The notes under the pieces: model-generated | Database searches by the model: none | Told to the model about the DNA's origin: nothing | Seen by the model: only the letters and a program-made list of their open reading frames with translations | IMG/VR virus record: IMGVR_UViG_3300012983_000040 | Coordinates: 1 to 64,000 of that record | Direction: 5' to 3' (one strand) | From: a virus | Taxonomy: Duplodnaviria > Caudoviricetes | Length of the DNA stretch: 64,000 nucleotides | Part shown: positions 1-9,382 of the stretch, one piece after another | Numbering within the stretch: position 1 is the first letter of the stretch | Layout: each line of letters starts with the position of its first letter | Program-made: the position numbers and the translations under genes

Positions 1-2
1 TA

Positions 3-65
3 GTTTATACTCCTTCAAAGAGTGCTAAGTTGGGTACTTATCTTGCCTTTGGTGTAGAAGCCTAA
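3..65 (+). CDS. 3' end of a gene starting upstream of the window (...VYTPSKSAKLGTYLAFGVEA*)
   Basis: Open frame from nt 3 to TAA at 63-65, followed by a terminator. Confidence 0.6.
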   Translation, partial: VYTPSKSAKLGTYLAFGVEA

Positions 66-103
66 TTAAAAAATCTTTTTCATGGTTATTACTTAAGATT
101 TTT

Positions 104-137
104 AAGAGCCTACTAGTTGATAGCAGGCTCTTTTTTT
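104..137 (+). terminator. Rho-independent terminator
   Basis: AAGAGCCT-A-CTA / TAG-C-AGGCTCTT stem followed by a T run. Confidence 0.75.
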
Positions 138-175
138 GTTTAACGGCGTAATTGCCATAAATCTAAAAGACGTTA

Positions 176-1522
176 ATGTCTCAAAACACTATTGAATCTG
201 CCGAAAGAACTGAGGTTCTTGTTAAAAGAAATAAAGATGGAAAGATAGAAAAATATTTATTTAAGATTTATAGGCGTGATAAGGATCCTTTTATTGGTGA
301 ATTATCTAGAGAAGATATGGAGTTTATTATGCACAATTATGTAAATAAGGGTGCAGGATTAACTCAAAAAGAAATCGCACGTAATTTTGCAGGATATACT
401 TATAATGAAGTAAAGAGTATTATCCGTGCTTTTAATATTACTAAAGCTGATTTACCATTAGCTCCTCATGAAATTGAAGAGTATACTGAGGAAGAAGCGT
501 TAGAAATAATTAATCGTATTAAAGAACGTACTCTTACTGTAAAGGCTGAATCTGCTGAAGTACGAAATCTACAGAATGGGTATAATCGACTAGCTGCTGA
601 AAATCTAAAATTAAAGAAACAGTTAGATGAATTAAGTAATATTAGTTCTTCTATACAGATTTCTGATTTACCCATTAAGGAATTAAAAGGTAAAGATTTT
701 GATTTAGAACCATTTTATGATCCCGTCGATGTATGTATCTGGCTATCAGATATGCATGTTGGAGCATGGGTAAATGCAGAGGAATCTTTGTTTGGTCTGC
801 CATATAATGAAGATGTAGTATATACTCGATTAATGAAAATCGCTCAAGAAATTAAACGTATTGAAGAAACTAGAGGAATTACTACTTTAACTATATGTAA
901 TCTTGGTGATTCATTAGATGGTATGGATCAACAAACTACCAGACACGATCATATATTGCCACAAAATATGTCTAGTAATCAACAACTAGAAATATTTGTA
1001 AAATGTATGACTTCATTCTTTGTAACTTTAAAGAATAATCTTGAATGTAATGACATTCGATATTATTGTGTTGGTGATAGTAATCATGATGGTGCATTTG
1101 GTAGAGCAGCTAATCGAATTTTACAAGTAACTCTTGAACAAATCGGTATTAAAGCTACTATCTTTACTCGATTTATGGATTCTTTTAAATTAGGAGATTT
1201 GGCTGTTATTCTATGTCATGGTAAGGATTCTAAGGACATGAAGAAGCCTTTACCGTTAACAATTAATCCACAAACTGAAGTAAAGATTAACCAATTTATT
1301 AATACTTATAAAGTCGAAGGCGAAAAGATTTTGTTTGTAAAAGGCGATACTCATACTTCTGCAGTTACTTATGGCTCTACGTTTGTTTATAAATCAGTTG
1401 GAGCATTTATTGGTGCAACCAAGTGGAGTTCTGCTAATTTTGGAATTACTATTCCTGTGTGTGATTATTCTATCATAGATTCTAACTATAATATCTTAGA
1501 CGGCAGAATTGATTTACGTTAG
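176..1522 (+). CDS. Calcineurin-like metallophosphoesterase with N-terminal coiled-coil region
   Basis: Motifs LSDMHVG, NLGDSLDG, GDSNHD, CHG and GDTH. Ends in TAG with an in-frame TAA at 1535-1537. Confidence 0.8.
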   Translation: MSQNTIESAERTEVLVKRNKDGKIEKYLFKIYRRDKDPFIGELSREDMEFIMHNYVNKGAGLTQKEIARNFAGYTYNEVKSIIRAFNITKADLPLAPHEIEEYTEEEALEIINRIKERTLTVKAESAEVRNLQNGYNRLAAENLKLKKQLDELSNISSSIQISDLPIKELKGKDFDLEPFYDPVDVCIWLSDMHVGAWVNAEESLFGLPYNEDVVYTRLMKIAQEIKRIEETRGITTLTICNLGDSLDGMDQQTTRHDHILPQNMSSNQQLEIFVKCMTSFFVTLKNNLECNDIRYYCVGDSNHDGAFGRAANRILQVTLEQIGIKATIFTRFMDSFKLGDLAVILCHGKDSKDMKKPLPLTINPQTEVKINQFINTYKVEGEKILFVKGDTHTSAVTYGSTFVYKSVGAFIGATKWSSANFGITIPVCDYSIIDSNYNILDGRIDLR

Positions 1523-1553
1523 ATAATCTTTTATTAACATTAAATTTATTTTA

Positions 1554-2336
1554 ATGGATATAACTATTGAGGAACTTTTAAAAGGTAAACCTACTGTTAT
1601 TAAAGGTAAAAACTATTTTGGAACTGCAGCTTATGTAGAACCATTTTTAGAGAGATTGCAAAATGTGACAGATGATTTTAGGGTTCATGTACAGTTGCCA
1701 GATCAAATAACTAAAACTGTAACAGGCGATATAAATACTGACGATATTACTTATAATAGAGTTTATATCGAAGCAGTAATGCCTGATGAAGTATGTTATG
1801 ATAATCATGACAAAGTTATTGGTATGGTAATGGGTTTAGATACTAGGAAACCAGTAGCTAAATTCTATAGTGGTACTTTAAATGCAGCTTGTACTAATCT
1901 ATGTGTATTTGATCCCAGTTATTTATTCTGTCAGCCAATAGATCCTGAAACGCCTCTAGATTTTAAACCTTTACAAAAAGTTCTCGATATGAAAGATGCT
2001 ACAGCAGAAATTCTTAAAGCATTACATGAGACACATTTTGAAAATAAGATAAGTGAACTTGAAAAACGTCTTGGAATGTGGTGTAGAAATGCAATACATG
2101 AAACATATGATAGTGGTTTTCAGCCTGTTAAGCTTAGTATTGATAATGTAATTCAAGCTTATAAATCTCTATTTGAGAAAGAAGACTCTGAGTACTATCA
2201 GTCTAACAATACAGTATCTATGTTTGATGTATATAATGCATTTACTCAGCAAATTACCAATGCACGAGATAAAGGTAAGGATCTAATCAATATGTTTGAA
2301 AAGACCTTATTACTAAGACAAATTCTTTGTTTCTGA
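1554..2336 (+). CDS. Conserved phage protein, possibly DUF932-like
   Basis: 260 aa ORF. The LNAACTNLCVF segment resembles the DUF932 CxNG-type motif; family call is from recall only. Confidence 0.5.
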   Translation: MDITIEELLKGKPTVIKGKNYFGTAAYVEPFLERLQNVTDDFRVHVQLPDQITKTVTGDINTDDITYNRVYIEAVMPDEVCYDNHDKVIGMVMGLDTRKPVAKFYSGTLNAACTNLCVFDPSYLFCQPIDPETPLDFKPLQKVLDMKDATAEILKALHETHFENKISELEKRLGMWCRNAIHETYDSGFQPVKLSIDNVIQAYKSLFEKEDSEYYQSNNTVSMFDVYNAFTQQITNARDKGKDLINMFEKTLLLRQILCF

Positions 2337-2375
2337 TTCATATAATTTAGTTTTATTAATATGGTGGATTACTTA

Positions 2376-2407
2376 TTTGGTAGTTCACCATATTTTTTAT
2401 ATCTTTG
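2376..2407 (+). promoter_or_regulatory. Bacteroidota primary-sigma promoter upstream of nrdD
   Basis: TTTG (2376-2379), 20 nt spacer, TATCTTTG (2400-2407); matches the -33/-7 consensus. Confidence 0.75.
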
Positions 2408-2435
2408 TAGTCTTATAATCCAAATTATTAAAACT

Positions 2436-3514
2436 ATGAAAGTTATAAAACGAGATGGCTCAAAACAAGAATTTAATTGGCAGAAGATATATAAAGCTAT
2501 AAAAAGTGCATTTAATTCATGTGGTAAACAACTTTATGACGATGATTATGAAGATATTATAGCTGAAATATATCTTTATGACAAAGATGGCAAAGAACTT
2601 GAAGAGATTTCAGTAGAAGATTTACAAGATCAAATTGAAGAGGCATTATTTGAATGTGGCTTTTTTCAAATAGCTAAATCTTATATTCTTTATCGTGAAA
2701 AACATAAAGATTTAAGATTTATTAAAGAGAGAAGTGACTATATTGATAAGTGTTCTGAGTCTACCGATAATACTGCTACTGTTTCTGAGGTTGATGCTAA
2801 TGCAAATGTTCAAAGTAAAAATGTAGCAACTATTGAATCAGAAGTGTATAAGACACTTAATAAACAAATTCAGCGATATAAAATGAAGAAAAAACTTCAA
2901 CAAATGTATCCTGAAGTTGCTAATCAATATGAAATTGATCTTGAAAATCATATAATTTATCAACATGATGAAGCTAGTTCGTCTGTTCCAAAACCATATT
3001 GTGTCGCAGTATCTATGTATCCATTCTTGTTACATGGTACTTCAACATTAGATGGTTTAAAAAGTCAGGCACCAAAGAATCTTACTTCATTCTGCGGGCA
3101 GTTTAATAACTTAATATTTTTACTTAGTTCACAGTTTAAAGGTGCAGTTGCCTGTGGAGAATTCTTTAACGTACTTTATTATTACTGTGTTAAAGAATTT
3201 GGCGAGAAATTCTGGGAGAGGGATTTTGAAGTTGTTAGTATATATCGTGATAGGTATAAAACAATTTCTGACATTATAGAACAGTGTTTTCAAAATATTG
3301 TTTATACTATAAATCAACCAGCAGGTAATCGTAGTTATCAAAGTCCGTTTACTAACATATCTTATTACGATAAGAATTATTGGCACGCACTATTTGATGA
3401 GTTTGTATTTCCTGATGGAACTCAACCAGAATGGGAAGGAGTTTCTTACTTACAAAAGAAGTTTATGAGATGGTTTAACCAGGAAAGAACTAAGACATTA
3501 TTAACTTTTCCCGT
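2436..3514 (+). CDS. nrdD: Anaerobic ribonucleoside-triphosphate reductase, exon 1 (ATP cone at N-terminus)
   Basis: Starts MKVIKRDGS (ATP cone); contains HDE...PYC and NQPAGNRSYQSPFTN; ends TLLTFP-GT at the splice site. The spliced CDS is 2166 nt (721 aa). Confidence 0.92.
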
Positions 3515-3596
3515 AAACTAAATCTGCGGCCTAGTAGGGAAACTTACTAGTGAAAATCCCTTTAATTGCTGAAAAGTCAATTTTTTAGTTGAAATA

Positions 3597-3628
3597 TTTG
3601 GAAATGTAAGAAATTTATATTATCTTTG
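3597..3628 (+). promoter_or_regulatory. Intron-internal Bacteroidota promoter for the HNH ORF
   Basis: TTTG-N20-TATCTTTG, lying in the loop of a 14 bp stem (3577-3590/3635-3648). Confidence 0.75.
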
Positions 3629-3674
3629 TATTGTGATTAAAAAATTGATAATTAGCAACTAAGATTTAGTAAAA

Positions 3675-4214
3675 ATGGATGAAATTTGGAAAGAAATACC
3701 TGGATATGAAGGGTATTATGAAGTAAGTAATTTAGGAAATTTTAGAAGTAAAGATAGATGGGTAAAATATAAAAATAATGGTACAAGATTATACCCTGGT
3801 AAATCTTTATTAGTTGAAGAAATGCAAGATGGTTATAAACGAATTGTTTTAATGAAAGAAGGTAAAAAAATTCGATATATGTGCCATCGACTGGTAGCTC
3901 AAACTTTTATAGATAATCCTGAAAATAAAGAACAAGTTAATCATATTGATGGTAACAGAGGAAATAATACAGTTACTAATTTGGAATGGTGTACTCAATC
4001 TGAGAATGAGCAACATGCTGTTCATGTTCTTAATAAGTCTATGAGAGGTAAGACTAAAGCAAAACCAGTAAAATGCATTGAATTAGATAAAATATTTCCT
4101 TCCATGAAAAAAGCTGTGGAATTTTTAGGAAAACCTGCATGTAATGAAGGTATAAAGAAAGCTATTTTAGCTAAAAGAAAATATCATGGCTATACATTCA
4201 TTTTTATTGAATAA
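3675..4214 (+). CDS. Intron-encoded NUMOD4-HNH homing endonuclease
   Basis: WKEIPGYEGYYEVSNLG (NUMOD4) and HRLVA...VNHIDGNRGNN...NLEW (HNH). Confidence 0.9.
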   Translation: MDEIWKEIPGYEGYYEVSNLGNFRSKDRWVKYKNNGTRLYPGKSLLVEEMQDGYKRIVLMKEGKKIRYMCHRLVAQTFIDNPENKEQVNHIDGNRGNNTVTNLEWCTQSENEQHAVHVLNKSMRGKTKAKPVKCIELDKIFPSMKKAVEFLGKPACNEGIKKAILAKRKYHGYTFIFIE

Positions 4215-4370
4215 AGTTCAACGACTAGTCGTAAGACGTACACTATAAACTACTGATAGTGGAAATGGGGGACACCCTTCGGGGTGGTGATATAGTCTAA
4301 TCTTATAGGCAACTATAAGCAGTTCATAAGAGAACGTAGGTGTTGTGGTGAAACATCTAGAATAAAAATG

Positions 4371-5029
4371 AGAATCTATGTCTTTATTAAGTGATGGAAA
4401 AGACATTATCGATAAAGAATATAAGAATTTTACAGCAGAAATGTATGCAGCAGGACATTCGTTCTTTACTTATATAAGTGATAATCCTGATGCTTTAGCT
4501 TCTTGTTGTAGATTAAGAAATGAACTAAATACCAATACATTTAGTTTTACTAATGGTCTTACGGGTGTTGCCACTGGTTCAGTTAATGTTATTACTTTAA
4601 ACCTAAGTAGAATAATTCAGAATTTTGTAGAAGAAAGACTTAAAACTCTAAGGCATTTTGATTTTTATAAAGAGTTTGAGAATTACTTCACAGATATTCT
4701 TGAACGTGTATACAAATATCATCGTGCTTATAGAAGTTTACTAGAAGACTTATATAAAAATAATATGCTGCCAGTTTATTCGGCTGGTTATATTAGTCTT
4801 CAACAGCAATATAGCACTGTAGGTATTAATGGCTTAAATGAAGCTGCCGAATATTTAGGATTAAGGTGTACAGATAATGAAGACTATAAGTTATTTGTAC
4901 AAAATATTACTTCTATTATAAGTTCTGGTAACAGGAATCATAGTGATAAACATTGTAAATTTAACTTAGAATTTGTTCCAGCTGAAGGACTTGGAATAAA
5001 GAACTTTGATTGGGATAAAGAAGATGGGT
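4371..5029 (+). CDS. nrdD: nrdD exon 2
   Basis: Contains ASCCRL (active-site Cys region), GSVNVITLNL, STVGING and EFVPAEGLG; in frame with exon 1 after splicing. Confidence 0.92.
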
Positions 5030-5770
5030 AGACTCAATGCCCATGTAAAACTTTCACTGATTGACTTGGAAGTCCGATGTGGCGACAGGGCGCAAGCAGA
5101 AACATTTGTAAGTTTCGTGCAGCGTGAACGACTGAGTGTGAAAGACTTTTAATGAAAATATGTGAATATAAGTAGTTAAAGGTATGCGACAGTCTGAACT
5201 ATACTAAGTATAGAGGAAAATTGAAGTATTTTCCCGTTTATTTAAGGGACACTATTTTTTATTTTGTCACCAGGGTAAAATTAGTTATTTTTGTACCATA
5301 TAATAACATTTAAATGTTTATAATATGAGTACAGTAAACACTAAAATTTGTAGTAAATGTGGACAAGAAAAACCACAAGATCAATTTGAGCCTGGAAGAA
5401 ACCAATGTAGATAGTGTCGTAATGCTAGACGAAAAGAACTAAGACAAAAGCATCCTGAAAAACATAGAGAGGAAGCTGCTAAAAGACAAGAAGAGCAAAA
5501 GAAATGGCTCTATTCTTTGAAAACTCAATGTTTAATTTGTGGCGAAACTGAGCCTGTATGTTTAGATTTTCATCATAAAAATCCTAATGAAAAGGATTTT
5601 ACAATAGGTAAACATATGAGTAGAAGTAAAGAAAATTTATTAATAGAAATTAATAAATGTGTTTGTTTATGTGCTAATTGTCATAGAAAAGTTCATGCTG
5701 GTATTATTAATCTATAGGATTACTTAGATAAATCATCTCTTGATAGCCCGCAAGAGAGTGTAACAGAATG
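5030..5770 (+). mobile_element. Group I intron 2 in nrdD (741 nt)
   Basis: P1 AUGGGU/GCCCAU with U.G; P10 ACUCAAU/AUUGGGU; P3 CTTTCAC/GTGAAAG; P7 GACT/AGTC; terminal G. Splicing restores DKEDG-Y-WVP. Confidence 0.94.
5263..5293 (+). promoter_or_regulatory. Intron-internal Bacteroidota promoter
   Basis: TTTG-N19-TATTTTTG, 31 nt upstream of ATG 5325. Confidence 0.7.
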
Positions 5771-5771
5771 A
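5325..5771 (+). CDS. Intron-encoded zinc-finger HNH endonuclease (148 aa) with two in-frame TAG codons read as Gln
   Basis: MSTVNTKICSKCGQEK...QCR(TAG)CRN...CLICG...LDFHH...LCANCHRKVH. TAG at 5412-5414 lies inside a CxxC and a second TAG is at 5715-5717. TGA at 5769-5771. Confidence 0.8.
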
Positions 5772-6198
5772 TTGGGTTCCTAAGGATAGAAACTGTTATA
5801 ACAGTTATATCTATAAACCTGATGATGAATCTATTGATGTTCTACAAAGATTTAGAATGCAAGGTCGAGACTATACTTCCGAAATGAGTGGTGGAGTTGC
5901 TTTACATTGTAATCTTGAAGAACATTTAAGTAAAGAGCAATATCTCAAGTTAATAGATTATGCTATTAAGCAGGGTACTAGTTACTTTACTTTTAATATC
6001 CCAAATAGTCAATGTGAAGATTGTGGATTTATTACGAAGCATCCTATTAAAGAATGTCCTAAGTGTGGTAGTAAGAGAATTACATGGTGGACACGTATTA
6101 TAGGCTATTTACGGCCCTTAACTTCATTTAGTAAGGGAAGACAAATAGAAGCTTCACGTAGAGTATATAAAAGTTATGACAAAGAACGAGAGAATTGA
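5771..6198 (+). CDS. nrdD: nrdD exon 3
   Basis: YWVP...SGGVALH...CEDCG...CPKCG...TRIIGYL (glycyl-radical motif); ends in TGA. Confidence 0.92.
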
Positions 6199-6340
6199 GG
6201 TAGTTAGACTTAAATCTAAATTATCTAGCATTAAGTATGAATTGGAATGGGGAACTAAAGACTATGATTGTAGTTGGACGATTCCCATTCTTAAAGAAGT
6301 TGATGATGCTATTAACACTTTAAATAAATTAAAATGTTAA
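6176..6340 (+). CDS. Small hypothetical protein (54 aa)
   Basis: ATG-TAA frame MTKNERIEVVRLKSKL...NKLKC that fills the nrdD-nrdG gap and overlaps both genes. Confidence 0.5.
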   Translation: MTKNERIEVVRLKSKLSSIKYELEWGTKDYDCSWTIPILKEVDDAINTLNKLKC

Positions 6341-6780
6341 AGTATGTAGATACCCTAGTAACTTTTTCTGAAGTTCCAGATGAAATCTCTCTATGTATAA
6401 ATATTAGTGGATGTACTTATAAATGTTATGGTTGCCATTCACCGTGGCTATGGGAAGATATAGGTACTCCACTTGATAAGGAAGAACTGGAACGTCTCAT
6501 AGATAAGCATGAAGGAATTACCTGTGTTTGTTTTATGGGAGGAACTCCTAAAGAAGTAAGTGAATTAGCTAAATATTGTAAAGGATTAGCTGTCGCCTAC
6601 TATACTGGAGCAGATTCTATTTCTGAAGAATTGGACTTAACTTTATTTGATTATGTTAAGACTGGCCCATATATTAAAGAATTTGGACCTTTAACAAGTA
6701 GATATACTAATCAAATAATGTGGAAGGTAGATAAGAAAGATTGTAGTGTTCACGACATTACTGATAAATTTTGGAAGTAA
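6334..6780 (+). CDS. nrdG: Anaerobic RNR activating enzyme (radical SAM)
   Basis: CTYKCYGCH CxxxCxxC motif, CVCFMGG and YVKTGPY; adjacent to nrdD. Confidence 0.92.
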   Translation: MLKYVDTLVTFSEVPDEISLCINISGCTYKCYGCHSPWLWEDIGTPLDKEELERLIDKHEGITCVCFMGGTPKEVSELAKYCKGLAVAYYTGADSISEELDLTLFDYVKTGPYIKEFGPLTSRYTNQIMWKVDKKDCSVHDITDKFWK

Positions 6781-6887
6781 TGAATGGATTTCTTTGTATA
6801 ATTTCAGTTGGAATTATCTGTATATGTTATTTATTAGCATTAATACATGATGATTTAAAAATTCTAATTAAAAAGAAGAATGATTGA
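6780..6887 (+). CDS. Putative 35 aa membrane peptide
   Basis: MNGFLCIISVGIICICYLLALIHDDLKILIKKKND: a hydrophobic stretch and basic tail. TAATG-coupled to nrdG. Confidence 0.45.
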   Translation: MNGFLCIISVGIICICYLLALIHDDLKILIKKKND

Positions 6888-7188
6888 ACTTCAAGTTTCC
6901 TTTAATAGTGACTTGCCTGGTCATTTCTTTGAAGATTTGACTAAGATGTTAGAAGATTATCCAGATGTTAAAATGGAAGAAGCTTACGATGCTAAGTTTT
7001 CTGACACTCGTAAGAAAGGTTACAAGATTAAAGGAAAATTTGGAGCAAGATTAGATCCTTTTGTTGGAGTATTTATAGATGGTAATCCAGTGAGAGGATT
7101 CTATAGTGAAGTTTCAGAATGTACTATTAATAATATTAAATTTTACTTAGATGCAATCAATAGTAAAATATCTTCATTTACTGAGTGA
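6880..7188 (+). CDS. Hypothetical protein, possibly thioredoxin/glutaredoxin-like fold without CxxC
   Basis: 102 aa ORF in a tightly packed operon; fold is a guess from FIDGNPVRGFYSE. Confidence 0.55.
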   Translation: MIELQVSFNSDLPGHFFEDLTKMLEDYPDVKMEEAYDAKFSDTRKKGYKIKGKFGARLDPFVGVFIDGNPVRGFYSEVSECTINNIKFYLDAINSKISSFTE

Positions 7189-7570
7189 TATTAATTTCAA
7201 AACTCTTGTGCATAAAACATTTGATGAAGCAGATTTTATAGATGCCTATGGAGAACTAGGCAAAAAGATGTTCAATATAGTTAAAAACACTAAGAGTGGA
7301 TTAATTAGTATATATAAAATTTCTGATAATCCTGGCATAGAAAAAGGTAAAGTATATTCTGGCATTACTACAGGATTTGGTGAAGGAATTGCTCTTTTTA
7401 TTGACTCGGAAGATTGCTGGTTTCATACTTCTGTAATTAAAGACATAGATTGGGACAAATCTGAATTTAAAACAGTAAACTCTACATATCATTTTGATTT
7501 TGAAGAGTTAGATGATAGTTCTATTAATTTATTTGATTACATTAACAATGACAGTAAAAGTAATATCTAA
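7151..7570 (+). CDS. Hypothetical protein
   Basis: 139 aa ORF overlapping both neighbours. Confidence 0.6.
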   Translation: MQSIVKYLHLLSDINFKTLVHKTFDEADFIDAYGELGKKMFNIVKNTKSGLISIYKISDNPGIEKGKVYSGITTGFGEGIALFIDSEDCWFHTSVIKDIDWDKSEFKTVNSTYHFDFEELDDSSINLFDYINNDSKSNI

Positions 7571-7844
7571 ATCTCATGAAGTTCCTAAGTATATGACAAC
7601 TGGTTCAGCAGGTGTAGATTTAAAAGCATACTTTGGTGAACGAATGCCTGATGCTCGAGGCGGTATAGCAACCTATAAAGATAAAGGTAAAGAATTTACT
7701 TTAAATCCTGGAGTAAGAGCTTTAATTCCTACAGGTCTTTATATACAATTACCTGAAGGATATGAAGCTCAAATACGTCCGAGAAGTGGACTTGCCTGGA
7801 AGCATGGAATTACTGTACTTAATACCCCTGGGACAATCGACGCT
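7548..7844 (+). CDS. dut: dUTPase exon 1
   Basis: GSAGVDL (motif I), RPRSG (motif II) and GTIDA (first half of motif III). Confidence 0.92.
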
Positions 7845-7906
7845 GAACTAAAATTAGTAGCTTAACTCCTCTTAAGCTTAAAAATTTAAATTGTTCCAGG
7901 AAATAT

Positions 7907-7937
7907 TTTGATGGTTCCAGGAATTTTATTAACTTTG
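7907..7937 (+). promoter_or_regulatory. Intron-internal Bacteroidota promoter
   Basis: TTTG-N19-TAACTTTG, 20 nt upstream of ATG 7958; associated with two GTTCCAGGAA copies. Confidence 0.72.
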
Positions 7938-7957
7938 TATTATCTAAAATAAATAAT

Positions 7958-8605
7958 ATGAAGTGTAAAATTTGTGGAAAAGAGAATTATGAAGTGAACA
8001 CAAAGAAGTTTCCGAAAGATTTTTGTTCTTATAAATGTTACGAAGAGTGGCAAAAATGGAATAAAGAACCTAACTGTGAATGTGCAGTGTGTCACAGATC
8101 TATGTATATAAAGCCATCAAGATTAAAGAAAGTAAAAAACGGTATTACTTGTTCAAGTGAGTGCGCAAATAAGCTAAAGTCTGAATATATGAGAGGTGAG
8201 AACAATCATCAATTTGGATTGACTGGAGATAAAAATAGTTCCTTTAAAGGAAATGAGGTAATTAGTAATTATGGATATGTTTTGGAATATGCTCCAAATC
8301 ATCCGTTTCCTCATGATAGATCAGTCAAAGGAACTAGAGTTTTTCAACACCGCTTAGTAGTAGAACAAAATTTTGATAAGTTTGATTCTAAATATTTCAT
8401 GCAATTAGGAGGAAAGTTTTATTTAAAGCCTGAGTATTCAGTTCATCATATAAATGAAAATAAAACAGATAATAGATTAGAGAATTTACAAATAGTTTCT
8501 AAGTCTGAACATACTTCATTGCATAATAAAGGGAAAGAACTTATTAGAGACTCGCTTGGCAGAATAATCGGCGTCGTTAAATCGGGCAATATCGGGGAAG
8601 GCTGA
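7958..8605 (+). CDS. Intron-encoded HNH endonuclease with Cys-rich N-terminus
   Basis: CKICG, CSYKC, CAVC and CSSEC zinc-binding pairs; HRLVVE...VHHINENKTDNRLENL (HNH). Confidence 0.88.
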   Translation: MKCKICGKENYEVNTKKFPKDFCSYKCYEEWQKWNKEPNCECAVCHRSMYIKPSRLKKVKNGITCSSECANKLKSEYMRGENNHQFGLTGDKNSSFKGNEVISNYGYVLEYAPNHPFPHDRSVKGTRVFQHRLVVEQNFDKFDSKYFMQLGGKFYLKPEYSVHHINENKTDNRLENLQIVSKSEHTSLHNKGKELIRDSLGRIIGVVKSGNIGEG

Positions 8606-8782
8606 AATGTTAATCCCGAGATAAGTAATAAGATTGCGAAAGGCTTATTACCATCGTACAGCGTAGTAGGTGAATAAATATAATCCTACCAAGAGTGTCC
8701 GACTTTAGAAAAGGTACGCGGAACTTATACGAATAAAAGTATAAGAAGTATAGGATAAAAAGCCTATACGATAACAAAATTG

Positions 8783-8968
8783 GATTATACTGGAGAGATT
8801 GGTGTGATTCTAATAAATCATAGCAATACTCCATTTGTAATTAATGATGGTGATCGTATTGCTCAAATGGTTATTATTAAAGTAGAGCATCCAGCATTTT
8901 GTGAGGTAGATAAGCTTGAAGAGACTGAACGTGGAGATGGTGGATTTGGTCATACTGGTGTTAAATAA
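8783..8968 (+). CDS. dut: dUTPase exon 2
   Basis: DYTGEI, GDRIAQ (motif IV) and [10 protein letters not shown] (motif V). The spliced protein is 160 aa. Confidence 0.92.
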   Translation, partial: DYTGEIGVILINHSNTPFVINDGDRIAQMVIIKVEHPAFCEVDKLEETERGDGGFGHTGVK

Positions 8969-8971
8969 ATT

Positions 8972-9382
8972 ATGCACGTAATTGATATGAAAGAAATTGA
9001 ATTAAGTAAGAGTGATTCTCCAATTAAAAATTTCGAGAATGTACTGAGTTGGTGTCAACAAAACACAGATAAAATTCCACATCTTGGAGTGAACTATTAT
9101 GGTTTAGATCAGAAAATTACAATAAATAAAGAACTATTACAATTTCTCGATAGATGTAATAGTCGAGACGATGTTACTACTTCTCATATTGTAGCTACTG
9201 AAAATATAAATTATGTTTTAGTAACTTGCGAAGGTGAAGATTTTCTACTTGACCAATTTACTAGCATAACAGCTATTCTTCTTGAAATTAAAGATAAATA
9301 TGATGTAAGGATTAAAGCTGCCGATTTTGGTAGTGATTGGTCAAAATGGCTAATTACCTTTAATGGAAATCCTGGTAAGTAA
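8972..9382 (+). CDS. Hypothetical protein
   Basis: 136 aa ORF, packed between dut and the ligase. Confidence 0.6.
   Translation: MHVIDMKEIELSKSDSPIKNFENVLSWCQQNTDKIPHLGVNYYGLDQKITINKELLQFLDRCNSRDDVTTSHIVATENINYVLVTCEGEDFLLDQFTSITAILLEIKDKYDVRIKAADFGSDWSKWLITFNGNPGK

Larger units (their letters stand above)
3515..4370 (+). mobile_element. Group I intron 1 in nrdD (856 nt)
   Basis: The 5' exon ends in U and the intron in G. P1 is CCGU/GCGG with a U.G pair. Core elements AATTGCTG, AATTAGCAAC, GTTCAACGACTAG and GATATAGTC are present. Splicing restores FPV-ESMSLL in frame. Confidence 0.93.
7845..8782 (+). mobile_element. Group I intron in dut (938 nt)
   Basis: The exon ends in U (GCT) and the intron in G. 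Splicing restores GTIDA-DYTGE. Core-like AATATCGGGGAA/AATCCCGAG and CAGCGTAG/GGTACGCGG. P1 could not be drawn convincingly. Confidence 0.88.

Noticed and set aside
67-103. AT-only inverted repeat upstream of the first terminator
   Set aside because: A weak stem expected by chance at this base composition.
3591-3614. Three GAAAT copies around the nrdD intron 1 promoter
   Set aside because: Too short and AT-rich to distinguish from chance.
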